Source of the DNA: Pyrofollis japonicus
GTDB taxonomy: Archaea > Thermoproteota > Thermoprotei_A > Sulfolobales > Pyrodictiaceae
DNA length: 32,000 bases
Direction: 5' to 3'
NCBI RefSeq assembly: GCF_033097485.1
Contig: NZ_AP028634.1
Span: 765,126-797,125 of the forward strand
Shown here: piece by piece, positions 1 to 8,944 of the stretch
Numbering within the stretch: position 1 is the stretch's first letter
Layout of the letters: each line of letters starts with the position of its first letter
Made by a program: the position numbers and the translations under genes
Notes under the pieces: model-generated
What the model was told of the DNA's origin: nothing
What the model saw: the letters and a program-made list of their open reading frames with translations, nothing else
The model's database searches: none

Positions 1-201
1 CAGGACGGCTATTGCTGTAAGCATTATTCCTACGAGGTACGCGTATGAGAAAACCGATAGAGACACAACAGAGAAGGCATTAGAGGCACCAGGCACCGTG
101 CTATAGATGTAGCGGCAAGAGACTATGTATAGCGGCATAAATAGTAATAAGAGCAGGTGGACTTGCGTAGGCTTAACCCCCTGGCTAGCTGCTTGAACCA
201 T
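1..201 (-). CDS. N-terminal part of a hydrophobic (membrane) protein; gene runs off the left window edge
   Basis: Hand translation of the minus strand from ATG 201-199 gives MVQAASQGVKPTQVHLLLLLFMPLYIVSCRYIYSTVPGASNAFSVVSLSVFSYAYLVGIMLTAIAVL. It stays open to base 1. The start overlaps the TAA stop of the upstream MFS ORF (TAATG). It is absent from the ORF track because it is open-ended. Confidence 0.35.
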   Translation of the reverse strand, partial: MVQAASQGVKPTQVHLLLLLFMPLYIVSCRYIYSTVPGASNAFSVVSLSVFSYAYLVGIMLTAIAVL

Positions 202-1067
202 TATTGTTTTCCTCTTCCCTGCTCTATTCTCTCAGCGAAGTAGAGCGCATATATTCCTGCCCCTACGAGGAGAACTACTGCAAGCCCGTAGAGCGATAAT
301 GAGCCTAGCTCATCATATATGAGGCCGCCGAGTATTGGTGGTGCTGCGCCAGCTATGCTTCTAACAGCGTTTGCACTCGCATAGGCTTCTCCGAGGCTTT
401 CACCACGGGCTAGTACTGCTATTGTCCGGTTATAGGAGGGGACCCATGCGGCTATGCTCAGCCCTACCAGCGCTAGGCCTACGAGTGGGAATATCCAGGG
501 CTTCATTAAGTATATGAAAGCAAGGGCTAAGGCTCCAAGAAACTCGGAGACCGCAATGACGAGGAAACCTATGCGGTCCGCCAGTTTTCCCCAGACCATG
601 CTCGTGGCACTCATGGTGGCTGACTGAGCGGTGTAGAACAGCCCTATCATGTCTTCGCGGTACCCGGCGTCCTTTAGCTGGCCGCTGAGGAGCGGGAACC
701 AGAGGCTCCATGCGACCCTATCAAATATGAGGAAGAGGTAGAATCTCCTAAGCTCAGGGTATGGCCGCAAGAGGCGTTGGTACGCTTTACTGATCCTTGA
801 ATACATGTTGTTGCAACTCTCTTTCCCCGGCTCAACAGAGTATATGTGAAATAACACCGCTCCTAGGAGGGCCACAACGGCTAAGACGCCGAAGGCTAGC
901 TGATAACTTGTCTTGACCACAAGGAGGCCGGAGATATATGGTCCAAGTATACGCGAGGCAGCAAAAGCAGAAGTGGTTATTGATACATAGTAGCCCAGCC
1001 TTTGACGAGGAACACTCTTCGCCATCAGCGTTGAGCGCGAGGGTTGGCCGAAGAGGAAGCCAAGCAT
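201..1067 (-). CDS. MFS-type transporter, main body. The N-terminal TM segment is detached by a frameshift (see 1115-1258).
   Basis: 288-aa ORF made of repeated hydrophobic helices with short basic loops, typical of the major facilitator superfamily. The reading frame stays open upstream of the nominal Met (…VALLILDLPASIPVLILSYTLF-MLGF…). Confidence 0.75.
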   Translation of the reverse strand: MLGFLFGQPSRSTLMAKSVPRQRLGYYVSITTSAFAASRILGPYISGLLVVKTSYQLAFGVLAVVALLGAVLFHIYSVEPGKESCNNMYSRISKAYQRLLRPYPELRRFYLFLIFDRVAWSLWFPLLSGQLKDAGYREDMIGLFYTAQSATMSATSMVWGKLADRIGFLVIAVSEFLGALALAFIYLMKPWIFPLVGLALVGLSIAAWVPSYNRTIAVLARGESLGEAYASANAVRSIAGAAPPILGGLIYDELGSLSLYGLAVVLLVGAGIYALYFAERIEQGRGKQ

Positions 1068-1114
1068 GAACAGGGTATAGGATAGAATGAGTACAGGTAT
1101 CGAGGCCGGCAGGT

Positions 1115-1258
1115 CTAGGATGAGGAGTGCAACCTGTATCCGATAGTCCTCATATATGCTGCAAAGAGGGCTTGATAACCGCTAACGCTGAAGCCCCGAG
1201 ACAAGCTGAAAAGCGTTAGTGCACGCACGTTTCGAGATACTTCCCTCTCGATGCCCAT
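1115..1258 (-). pseudogene. Detached 47-codon N-terminus of the MFS transporter, in a different frame (frameshift fragment)
   Basis: Hand translation from ATG 1258-1256 gives MGIEREVSRNVRALTLFSLSRGFSVSGYQALFAAYMRTIGYRLHSSS, ending at a stop at 1117-1115. This looks like an MFS TM1 / loop-motif region. The downstream MFS frame is already open across the same bases, so a 1-nt shift near 1128-1137 would join the two. Confidence 0.6.
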
Positions 1259-1420
1259 TCTCCCCGCAACAAGTGCTTCCAGGAACAAGTTAGCTATTAA
1301 AGAGAGAAGGAACTATGCTCAGACATAAATTCGTGACTTAGTTTACATAGCTAACATGTAGGTAGTGCTTTTCGCTACCCCAGCTGCAGGAACTCATTTT
1401 TAGCGCCTAGACAGTGTTAA

Positions 1421-2029
1421 TTGGAGTCTGGGCGATTTACCGAGTTGTTTAGGATTGGGAAGCGCGGAAACGAGCACAAGCCCTCCCAGAAGGAGGTTGA
1501 GAAAACTCTTAGTGAGCTACTGGGAGACCTATACAGCTATGTAGAGCGTTATGCTAAAAAGAAAAACATGAGGATCGTTGATGCGCTAAGAGAGCTCGTA
1601 AATAAGGGGTATCGCTACCATGAGCTTGAGGAAATGTATGGAGATCCTTCGAGGCATAGGGAGATCTGGGATAAGCGATGGTACTATTTTCGCGTAGAAG
1701 CCGCCTATCTTAATTGTAGGCTCCGCTTAAGAGACGTCATTAACGATCTACGTGCATTGGCTCTTTCCTTTTCGAGTACCGTGTCAGAGCTGGAGACTAT
1801 GTACAGACGCTGCGCTCTTACCAACGAGAACGCTAAGGCGCATCTTGATAGGCTTAGAGACCTGGTAAATTACTACATGGATACCTACATACACTCCTAC
1901 CGGAAATACGAGGATACCGGTTCACATGATAGCGATGAGCCAAGCGAGAGAGAAGTTATTGAGAGCGTTGAAAAAATCCTTGAGGAGTATAGGAAAAGAA
2001 TGCGTAGCGGCGAGGCCAAAAAAGCCTAG
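1421..2029 (+). CDS. Hypothetical protein, predicted helical, with an acidic C-terminus
   Basis: 202-aa ORF with a TTG start and no family motif that I recognise. The AT-rich element TCATTTTTAGC lies about 25 nt upstream, consistent with an archaeal TATA box. Confidence 0.5.
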   Translation: MESGRFTELFRIGKRGNEHKPSQKEVEKTLSELLGDLYSYVERYAKKKNMRIVDALRELVNKGYRYHELEEMYGDPSRHREIWDKRWYYFRVEAAYLNCRLRLRDVINDLRALALSFSSTVSELETMYRRCALTNENAKAHLDRLRDLVNYYMDTYIHSYRKYEDTGSHDSDEPSEREVIESVEKILEEYRKRMRSGEAKKA

Positions 2030-2051
2030 ATGCCGTGGCTGTGCAAGACGT

Positions 2052-3779
2052 TTAGCTTGTTGTCTTGTAAATCGTGTAGTATGGTAACAACATCGTTGGC
2101 CCTACTTTTACCCCTTCAACGTTCTTCTGAGTCACTATGAAGAGCTTGCCTTGTAGGAGCGGTATTATCGGTACGTCCTCCGCCAGTATTTCCTGTACTT
2201 TCTCGTAGAGCTTTGCCCTAGCCTGCTGATCGGTTAGCTGGACAGCCTCGTCGAGGAGCTTGTCTACTTCTGGGTTGCTATAGCCGCTGCCAGTCCACTT
2301 GTTGGCCTCACTGTGGAGGAATGGCGTTAGGAAGTCATCTGGGTCTATGTAGTCTGGGTACCATCCTAGGAGTGCGAGCATCATCTGGCCCTTGCGTAGC
2401 TGGTCTACGTATGTTGCCCACTCGCTGCTCTTGATCTCCACGGTTATCATGCCGGTTGCTTCGAGCTGCTGCTTGATGAGCTGTGCTAGGTCGGCCTCTG
2501 TGTCACCGTAGTGTGTTGGCGTATACCATAGTTCTAGTTTGAGCTTGTGGTCCTTGCTGTAGCCTGCTTGCTGGAGGAGCTTCTTCGCTAGCTCTATGTT
2601 GCCGTCGCCGTACTTTTCGAGGAATACGTCTTTGTGGCTCCAGAGCCCTTTCGGCACTAGGCTGTAGAGGGGCTCCATCGTGCCCATGAACACTATTTGT
2701 GCTAGCTGCTTCCTGTTAATTGCTGCCGCAATTGCTTGTCTTACCAGCTTGTTATTCGTTGGCTCCATCTTGACGTTGACGACTATGTATCTTATAAAGG
2801 TACCAGGTATCTCTATTACGTTGAACTTGCCGCTTTGCTTTAGCTCCTGGTAGTCATTGGGGCGGAGCGTTCTCCACGCGATATCGATTTCTCCATTCTC
2901 TAGTGCCAGCCTAAGCGTTGTAGCATCCTTGTAGAACCTTATGATCACTTTCTGCGTCTTCGGCTTCTCTCCATAGTAGTACGGGTTCGCCTCCAATACG
3001 AGGTACTCGTCGCGCTTGAACTCCTTTATACAGTAGGGGCCTGCGCCACCCCAGGTAGCGTCGCTCACTATCTTGTCGTTAGGATACTTGGGGCTCACAA
3101 CTGCGTAGGGCGGGGTGGCCAGCAGTGCTAGGAAGAAGCCAGTTGGATGCTTGAGGTCGAACTCAACCGTGTAATCATCGAGCGCTTTAACGTCTTTTAC
3201 GAAGCTCGTTACTAGCCACGAGGGGTCACCCTTTATCGTCATAACCCTCTTGATGCTCCTGACTACGTCCTTGGCTGTCACGGGTGTACCGTCGCAGAAC
3301 TTAACGTCCTTCCTCAGATGGAATATCCATACTGTTCCGTTGTTCTTTACTTCCCATTTCTCGGCTATTGCTGGAACTATTTGGTCTGTTCCAGGCTTGT
3401 ACTTGACCAGCGTGTCCATAGTGTTCGTTAGTACCTCCCACGTGAAGAAGTCGTAGGCGTTAGCGGGGTCAAGGTCTGTCACCTTGTCTGTTGTACCTAT
3501 TATTATCGTTGATGCTTTTGCAGGAGCAGTTGTGGTGGCTGGTGGAGGCGTTGAAGTCTGAGGTGTCGTTGTTGTTGCGGGAGGCTTGCTCGTCGTTGTA
3601 GCCACCTCTTGTGGAGTTGATGTTGCTGGCTGCGTGGTTTGGGGCTGCGTTGTCGTCGCGGGTGTGGTGGTTGTCTTACCTCCGCCCTTTGAAGCATAAT
3701 ATGCTGCAACACCGATTATGATGAGGATAACTATTACCGTCGCGGTTATCAAGCCTGTACGAGACGCCATGGGCTTCAC
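2052..3779 (-). CDS. ABC transporter substrate-binding protein, family 5 (peptide/oligopeptide/nickel type), membrane-anchored
   Basis: 575 aa with an N-terminal TM anchor (LITATVIVILIIIGVAAYY) followed by a ~52-aa Thr/Pro-rich linker. The rest is a typical SBP_bac_5 body (IIIGTTDKVTDLDPANAY…, …LLGWYPDYIDPDDFL…). It is divergent from the permease and ATPase genes. Confidence 0.9.
   Translation of the reverse strand: MKPMASRTGLITATVIVILIIIGVAAYYASKGGGKTTTTPATTTQPQTTQPATSTPQEVATTTSKPPATTTTPQTSTPPPATTTAPAKASTIIIGTTDKVTDLDPANAYDFFTWEVLTNTMDTLVKYKPGTDQIVPAIAEKWEVKNNGTVWIFHLRKDVKFCDGTPVTAKDVVRSIKRVMTIKGDPSWLVTSFVKDVKALDDYTVEFDLKHPTGFFLALLATPPYAVVSPKYPNDKIVSDATWGGAGPYCIKEFKRDEYLVLEANPYYYGEKPKTQKVIIRFYKDATTLRLALENGEIDIAWRTLRPNDYQELKQSGKFNVIEIPGTFIRYIVVNVKMEPTNNKLVRQAIAAAINRKQLAQIVFMGTMEPLYSLVPKGLWSHKDVFLEKYGDGNIELAKKLLQQAGYSKDHKLKLELWYTPTHYGDTEADLAQLIKQQLEATGMITVEIKSSEWATYVDQLRKGQMMLALLGWYPDYIDPDDFLTPFLHSEANKWTGSGYSNPEVDKLLDEAVQLTDQQARAKLYEKVQEILAEDVPIIPLLQGKLFIVTQKNVEGVKVGPTMLLPYYTIYKTTS
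3519..3674 (-). repeat. Low-complexity Thr/Pro-rich linker-coding tract inside the binding-protein gene
   Basis: Encodes TTTTPATTTQPQTTQPATSTPQEVATTTSKPPATTTTPQTSTPPPATTTAPA. The plus strand shows reiterated ggtggt/gttgtt/ggctg units. Confidence 0.8.
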
Positions 3780-3934
3780 CTTCCCGGGTTAATTCCATCC
3801 TTGTTCTCGTATGGTGGGACAGTAATGGTGCTGGTATTAATATTTTGTTAGAGATGTTGATAGCTGGTTGGCTGAGCGTGGGCTCTATTTATCCCTGGAG
3901 GAGACTCCCGGTGCAATAGGGGTTGTGAAGAAGG

Positions 3935-4945
3935 ATGGGGCTTGCGCGCTATGTCGCTGTAAGGGCTGCTTTAATTATTCCGAGCGTTCTCATCCTGTAC
4001 ACTGTGGCGTTTATCATTCTCCGCATACTGCCGGGGAACCCTATACTCGCCGTCCTTGGCACTAAGAATATTCCACCGGAACAGCTAGCTGCCTTAGAGA
4101 AGCAACTTGGGCTGGATAAGCCCCTTTACGTCCAGTACTTTGATTATTTGTGGAGAGCGCTTCACGGGGACTTTGGTCAAAGCCTAATTGTGCGCGGCCG
4201 CCCGATTGCCGCTGACCTCGCCGATCGCTTGCCAGCAACTATTGAGCTCGCTGTCGCGGGGCTGCTGGTAAGCCTGGTGCTAGGCCTCGCCACGGGCCTT
4301 GTGGCCGGGCTGCGCAGGGACACTAAGATAGACGTAGCTATGAGGGTTTACGGTGCCCTGACGTACACTCTCTTCATCCCGTGGCTTGGATTGTTGTTCC
4401 AGCTCGTCTTTGCTGTCTGGCTTCACTGGCTCCCCGTTAGCGGCAGGATTGATCCACAGGTAGAGGTCAAGACCATAACTGGGCTCTATGTCCTTGACTC
4501 GTTGCTGACCGGTAACTGGGCTGCTCTCAAGAGCGCCCTCGCTCACATAGTATTGCCGGCGCTGACCCTGGGCATAGTGCTTAGCGGGCCCTATACTAGG
4601 CTTCTCCGCAACAACCTCGCCGTAGTACTTGACTCCAACTTTATTCTCGCATACCGGGCACACGGTGTAAGGGAGAGGAGGATAACATGGCATGCTTTTA
4701 GAAACGCGATTATACCTGTTGTAACCTATGCTGGGCTCCAGTTCGCGCTCCTGCTCGGAGGAGCAGTGCTTACCGAGACAACGTTTGATTGGCCAGGCAT
4801 AGGCACATATCTTGTCGACAAGATACAGTACCGCGACTACCCAGCGATACAGGCCGTTATACTTGTATTTGCCCTCATAGTTGGCCTAATAAGCCTCATA
4901 GTGGACATTATCTATGCGTACATTGATCCACGCATAAGGTATTAA
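3935..4945 (+). CDS. Peptide ABC transporter permease (DppB/OppB-like)
   Basis: 336 aa and polytopic. It carries the BPD-transporter EAA-like loop (ILAYRAHGVRERRITWHAFRNA) and a C-terminal DPRIRY, characteristic of DppB/OppB. Confidence 0.9.
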   Translation: MGLARYVAVRAALIIPSVLILYTVAFIILRILPGNPILAVLGTKNIPPEQLAALEKQLGLDKPLYVQYFDYLWRALHGDFGQSLIVRGRPIAADLADRLPATIELAVAGLLVSLVLGLATGLVAGLRRDTKIDVAMRVYGALTYTLFIPWLGLLFQLVFAVWLHWLPVSGRIDPQVEVKTITGLYVLDSLLTGNWAALKSALAHIVLPALTLGIVLSGPYTRLLRNNLAVVLDSNFILAYRAHGVRERRITWHAFRNAIIPVVTYAGLQFALLLGGAVLTETTFDWPGIGTYLVDKIQYRDYPAIQAVILVFALIVGLISLIVDIIYAYIDPRIRY

Positions 4946-4956
4946 TGCTGAGGTGA

Positions 4957-5835
4957 GTGTTTATGGTTGAGGCAATAACTATTATCCGTGAACGCTTCCT
5001 CGGCTCCGCTACGAGCCTCCTGGGAGAGCTGCCGCCGGTTGCCAGGAAGCTGGCCATAGCTGGATTCATAATAGTGCTCGCGATAGTAGTAATGGCTGTC
5101 TTTGCGCCCTTCATCGCCCCCTATGATCCGACCAAAATGGTTGATACTCCTCTCCAGCCGCCGAGCACTAAGCATCTCTTGGGCACCGATAAGCTTGGGC
5201 GCGACGTGTTTTCAAGAATAGTGTATGGCGGGAGAATAGTTCTCTGGGTAGTCGCGCTGGCCATAGCGATAAGCGCCTCGATTGGGATCCCCCTGGGACT
5301 GCTTAGCGGCTACTACGGTGGAAGAACCGATAGGGCTCTCAGCATGGTAATGGACGCTATCTATGCGTTCCCGAGCCTTATACTCGCTATCGCTCTTGCA
5401 GCAGTACTTGGCCCGAGCCCTGTCAACGCAGCAATAGCTATCTCGGTCGTCTACATACCAACTTATTTCAGGATGATAAGGGGGCAAGTACTGCAGGTCA
5501 AGGCAACGCCGTTCATAGAGAGCGCTAGGGCGCTTGGCCTCCCCTCGTCAAGGATAATGATGAAGCACATCCTGCCACACCTATTGCCGACAATAATGGT
5601 CGTGTTCAGCCTTAGCGCGGCTGACGCCGTGTTAACTGAGGCGGCGCTGAGCTTCCTCGGGCTAGCAGTGAAGCCTCCTACACCGGACTGGGGCTTCGAC
5701 CTCTACAACGCTAAGGCCTTCATAAGGAGTGCGCCCTGGCTCATAATGGGGCCGGGCATAATGATAACCTTGCTCGCCCTAGGCCTTGCCCTCATAGGTG
5801 AGGGCCTCGGAGAAAAGATAAGGAAAACAATGTAG
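4957..5835 (+). CDS. Peptide ABC transporter permease (DppC/OppC-like)
   Basis: 292 aa. It has the HLLGTDKLGRDVFSRIVYG N-terminal motif and the EAA loop FIESARALGLPSSRIMMKHILPH. Confidence 0.9.
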   Translation: MFMVEAITIIRERFLGSATSLLGELPPVARKLAIAGFIIVLAIVVMAVFAPFIAPYDPTKMVDTPLQPPSTKHLLGTDKLGRDVFSRIVYGGRIVLWVVALAIAISASIGIPLGLLSGYYGGRTDRALSMVMDAIYAFPSLILAIALAAVLGPSPVNAAIAISVVYIPTYFRMIRGQVLQVKATPFIESARALGLPSSRIMMKHILPHLLPTIMVVFSLSAADAVLTEAALSFLGLAVKPPTPDWGFDLYNAKAFIRSAPWLIMGPGIMITLLALGLALIGEGLGEKIRKTM

Positions 5836-5853
5836 CCCGGGAGATGGGTCACC

Positions 5854-6825
5854 ATGGCCGAGAAGGTCTTGGAGGTAAGAGACCTAGTCGTCCACTACTA
5901 TACGTTGAGGGGGATTGTCCGGGCAGTTGAGGACGCGTTCCTCGACGCCGATAAGGGCGAGCTACTAGCCCTTGTGGGCGAGAGCGGCTCTGGCAAGTCA
6001 ACCCTCGGCTACGCGTTGCTGAAACTCGTGCCCCCGCCCGGCAAGATAGTGAGGGGCTCGGTGCTCATAGATGGTGTTGACGTTGTCAGGCTCAGCGGCG
6101 AGGAGCTTCGGAAGGCAAGGGGGGAGCTCGTCTCAATAGTATTCCAAGACCCTTTTACAACCCTTGACCCTGTACGGACTATCGGGGACCAGCTAACAGA
6201 GGTCATGACAGAGCACGGTGTAAGCGAGGAAGAAGCACGAGCAAAGGTGGGTGAGCTTCTCGAGAGCGTTGGGCTCCCACGTGAGCTTGCGAGGCGCTAT
6301 CCCCACCAGCTGAGCGGTGGGCAGAGGCAGCGCGTCGCGATTGCGGCAGCGATAGCGCTCAACCCAAGGGTATTGGTAGCCGACGAGCCGACGACAGCGC
6401 TCGATGTTATCGTGCAGAAGCAGATAATGGATCTCCTCGACGATATTAGGAGGAAAACCGGCATGACGATAATCCTCATTACGCACGATATAGCCCTTGC
6501 GGCGGAAAGGGCGGATAGAATAGCAATAATGTATGCTGGCAAAATAGTAGAGGTAGGTCCCAAGGAGGATGTCTTGAAGAACCCTCTCCACCCATACACG
6601 AGGGCACTAATAGCATCGGTTCCCGACATTGATAGCGATAAATGGCCCGAACCCATACCCGGGAATCCGCCAGATCTCCGCAAGCCTCCCCCGGGATGCC
6701 GTTTTTCACCTAGATGCACCAAAGCTATGCAGATTTGTAGAGAGAAGGAGCCTCCGTTGACCCGTATAGGCAGCCGCTTGGTCTCGTGCTGGCTTTACGC
6801 AGAAGAGGGTGCCGGAAATGCCTAG
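5854..6825 (+). CDS. Peptide ABC transporter ATP-binding protein (DppD/OppD-like)
   Basis: Walker A GESGSGKST, signature LSGGQRQR and Walker B LVADEPTTALD. The C-terminal oligopeptide-ABC extension is present (HPYTRALIASVP…CRFSPRC). Confidence 0.92.
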   Translation: MAEKVLEVRDLVVHYYTLRGIVRAVEDAFLDADKGELLALVGESGSGKSTLGYALLKLVPPPGKIVRGSVLIDGVDVVRLSGEELRKARGELVSIVFQDPFTTLDPVRTIGDQLTEVMTEHGVSEEEARAKVGELLESVGLPRELARRYPHQLSGGQRQRVAIAAAIALNPRVLVADEPTTALDVIVQKQIMDLLDDIRRKTGMTIILITHDIALAAERADRIAIMYAGKIVEVGPKEDVLKNPLHPYTRALIASVPDIDSDKWPEPIPGNPPDLRKPPPGCRFSPRCTKAMQICREKEPPLTRIGSRLVSCWLYAEEGAGNA

Positions 6826-7792
6826 GCGCGAACTAGTTGTCGGAGAGAAACTCAAGAAGTACTTCGTCCACGGCGGCGTATTCGGCAAGAAAATAGTGAG
6901 GGCTGTTGACGGCGTCGACATAACCGTGTATCGTGGAGAAACACTTGCGCTCGTAGGCGAGAGCGGCTGCGGCAAATCAACCCTCGGTAGGCTGCTCCTC
7001 CGGCTCTACGAGCCGACAAGCGGCAAGATAGTGTTCGACGGCGTCGATATAACCCATATGCCGGAGAAGCGGCTCAGACCCCTACGGAAGAGAATGCAGC
7101 TCATACCCCAAGACCCCTACGCCAGCTTCAACCCCCTGAAGAGGATAGGAGAGCAGCTCGAAGAACCACTCCTCGTCCACAAAATAGCCCCGCCAAGCGA
7201 GGCGAGGAGACGCGTCCTCGAAGGACTCGAAGAAGTAGGCCTAGTACCAGCCGAGGACTTCTACCGGAGATACCCCTACCAGCTCAGCGGCGGCCAGCTC
7301 CAAAGAGCAGCAATAGTCAGAGCAATGCTGCTAGAACCAGACTTCATAGTAGCCGATGAGCCGACATCCAGCCTCGACGTCTCGGTGAGAGCAGGGATAC
7401 TCCGACTACTAAAGGACTTCAAGGACAAGCTAGGAGGCTCAATGCTCTTCATAACACACGACCTAGCCACAGCCAAGCTGATAGCCGACCGCATAGCAGT
7501 AATGTACCTCGGAAAAATAGTCGAACTAGGCCCAGCAGACAAGGTGCTCACAAAGCCACTACACCCCTACACAGCCGCACTACTAACAGCAATACCGAGA
7601 ATATCGCGGAGAAAACCACCAATACAAGTCGAACTCAAAGGAGACGTACCAGACCCCTCAAGAATACCAAAAGGATGCAGACTACACCCCAGATGCCCCT
7701 TTGCATCAGAAGAATGTAAGCAAAGGGAGCCCGAACTAAGCGAGAAGGCACCTGGTCACTACGTGGCCTGCCATCATCCCCTAAGCGCTTAA
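6809..7792 (+). CDS. Peptide ABC transporter ATP-binding protein (DppF/OppF-like)
   Basis: Walker A GESGCGKST, signature LSGGQLQR, Walker B IVADEPTSSLD, and a C-terminal HPYTAALL…CRLHPRCP. It overlaps the previous gene by 17 nt. Confidence 0.92.
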   Translation: MPEMPRRELVVGEKLKKYFVHGGVFGKKIVRAVDGVDITVYRGETLALVGESGCGKSTLGRLLLRLYEPTSGKIVFDGVDITHMPEKRLRPLRKRMQLIPQDPYASFNPLKRIGEQLEEPLLVHKIAPPSEARRRVLEGLEEVGLVPAEDFYRRYPYQLSGGQLQRAAIVRAMLLEPDFIVADEPTSSLDVSVRAGILRLLKDFKDKLGGSMLFITHDLATAKLIADRIAVMYLGKIVELGPADKVLTKPLHPYTAALLTAIPRISRRKPPIQVELKGDVPDPSRIPKGCRLHPRCPFASEECKQREPELSEKAPGHYVACHHPLSA

Positions 7793-7903
7793 AAGACTCA
7801 CTTACTTTAATAGGTTACGAAAGACGCCATTTACGCATCATTACAGAGAATACTAACACAAGCAACATAGAATTTTCTCGCCTACCATAATGGATGAACA
7901 GTT

Positions 7904-8944
7904 ATGTTGCAGACGATAAGCCGTTGTATCGCTAAGTACATAGCATGCAAAGACCTTCGTACCGAGGCAGAGGAAATAGCAAAAGAGTGCAAAATCTCAA
8001 CAAAAACTTATTGGGCCATAATAAGCAGGTTACGAAGCAATCCTTACAAATACTGGCCACAACACATACGCGATATCCGCCCACTAGGACTCGCTACAAT
8101 TATTGTTCGAGGCAAGAAACACTTACCCGAAGTGAAAGATGTTGAAGACCTTAAACGGACCAATGTTCCTCTATACCGCTACATGCATTCCTACAGAGAA
8201 ACCTTCGACGGAGCAACTATTTACAGTTATTTTGCTCCACAAAACCTCATAGATGACTTTATGGATGTACTTGAACAGCTTGGAGACGTAGACTACGGCT
8301 ACACCATACCGGTTAGGCCACAATGTGACAATACTGGCAACAGGCAAGATGCAACACTATTTGTGCCAAGCCTACCAAGTAGAATTTCAAGAATGCTTGC
8401 CCTACTAATCTACGCCTTACTAGACCTATCGCCCTTAGCACGCCTCAGCGAACTCTTAGATATAGCTCCGGTCCTGCGCGAAAGGCTAAGTATTACGAAC
8501 ACTCGTTATAGGCTTCACATGGGTAAAGTAGTGAAAACATACATGAGGCTAAGCGAGAGCCGCCTTCTAGGACGTGTTCTACTCCTACTGCTTGCCTTAA
8601 AAACAGAAAGACCAATACCAATGTATATCGAAGTAAAGCGAGAATGTAGCCAACACCTCTATGAAGTAGCGGCTGAAACTTGGTCTGCGCCAAGCATATT
8701 CATCGGGAAGAATGTAGCAGCAACAGTAATGGTCCTGCCGGACGAATTAAGCCAGAAAGTAAAAGATAGGCTAAAAGAGTGCATAACACACGCAAATATA
8801 GTAACAAGGGGATTCGGCACAACACTACCCATAGAAATGTACGATCCCTGCAAAAGAGAGTGGAAGTTACAAGAACAACCTCTCCTAAAGAACATAGCTG
8901 TATTCCTAAAAAGAAAAGATAGTGGGAGATTATGTCAACTCTAG
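7904..8944 (+). CDS. Hypothetical protein with two HTH-like segments (possible DNA-binding protein), low-GC gene
   Basis: 346 aa. The N-terminal segment RTEAEEIAKECKISTKTYWAIISRL and an internal LSPLARLSELLDIAPVLRERL resemble helix-turn-helix units. I recognise no other family motif. The composition is lower in GC than the flanking operons. Confidence 0.45.
   Translation: MLQTISRCIAKYIACKDLRTEAEEIAKECKISTKTYWAIISRLRSNPYKYWPQHIRDIRPLGLATIIVRGKKHLPEVKDVEDLKRTNVPLYRYMHSYRETFDGATIYSYFAPQNLIDDFMDVLEQLGDVDYGYTIPVRPQCDNTGNRQDATLFVPSLPSRISRMLALLIYALLDLSPLARLSELLDIAPVLRERLSITNTRYRLHMGKVVKTYMRLSESRLLGRVLLLLLALKTERPIPMYIEVKRECSQHLYEVAAETWSAPSIFIGKNVAATVMVLPDELSQKVKDRLKECITHANIVTRGFGTTLPIEMYDPCKREWKLQEQPLLKNIAVFLKRKDSGRLCQL

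Noticed and set aside
430-711. Antisense or alternative-frame shadow ORFs nested inside strong genes. Examples are 430-711, 3250-3456, 3503-3712, 4280-4693, 6193-6722, 7276-7551, 12805-13194, 13498-13725, 24206-24721, 24905-25403 and 28709-29227.
   Set aside because: Each lies entirely within a gene that has clear family motifs on another frame or strand. Their translations are low-complexity (R/P/S/A-rich), as expected for shadow frames of ~55% GC coding DNA.
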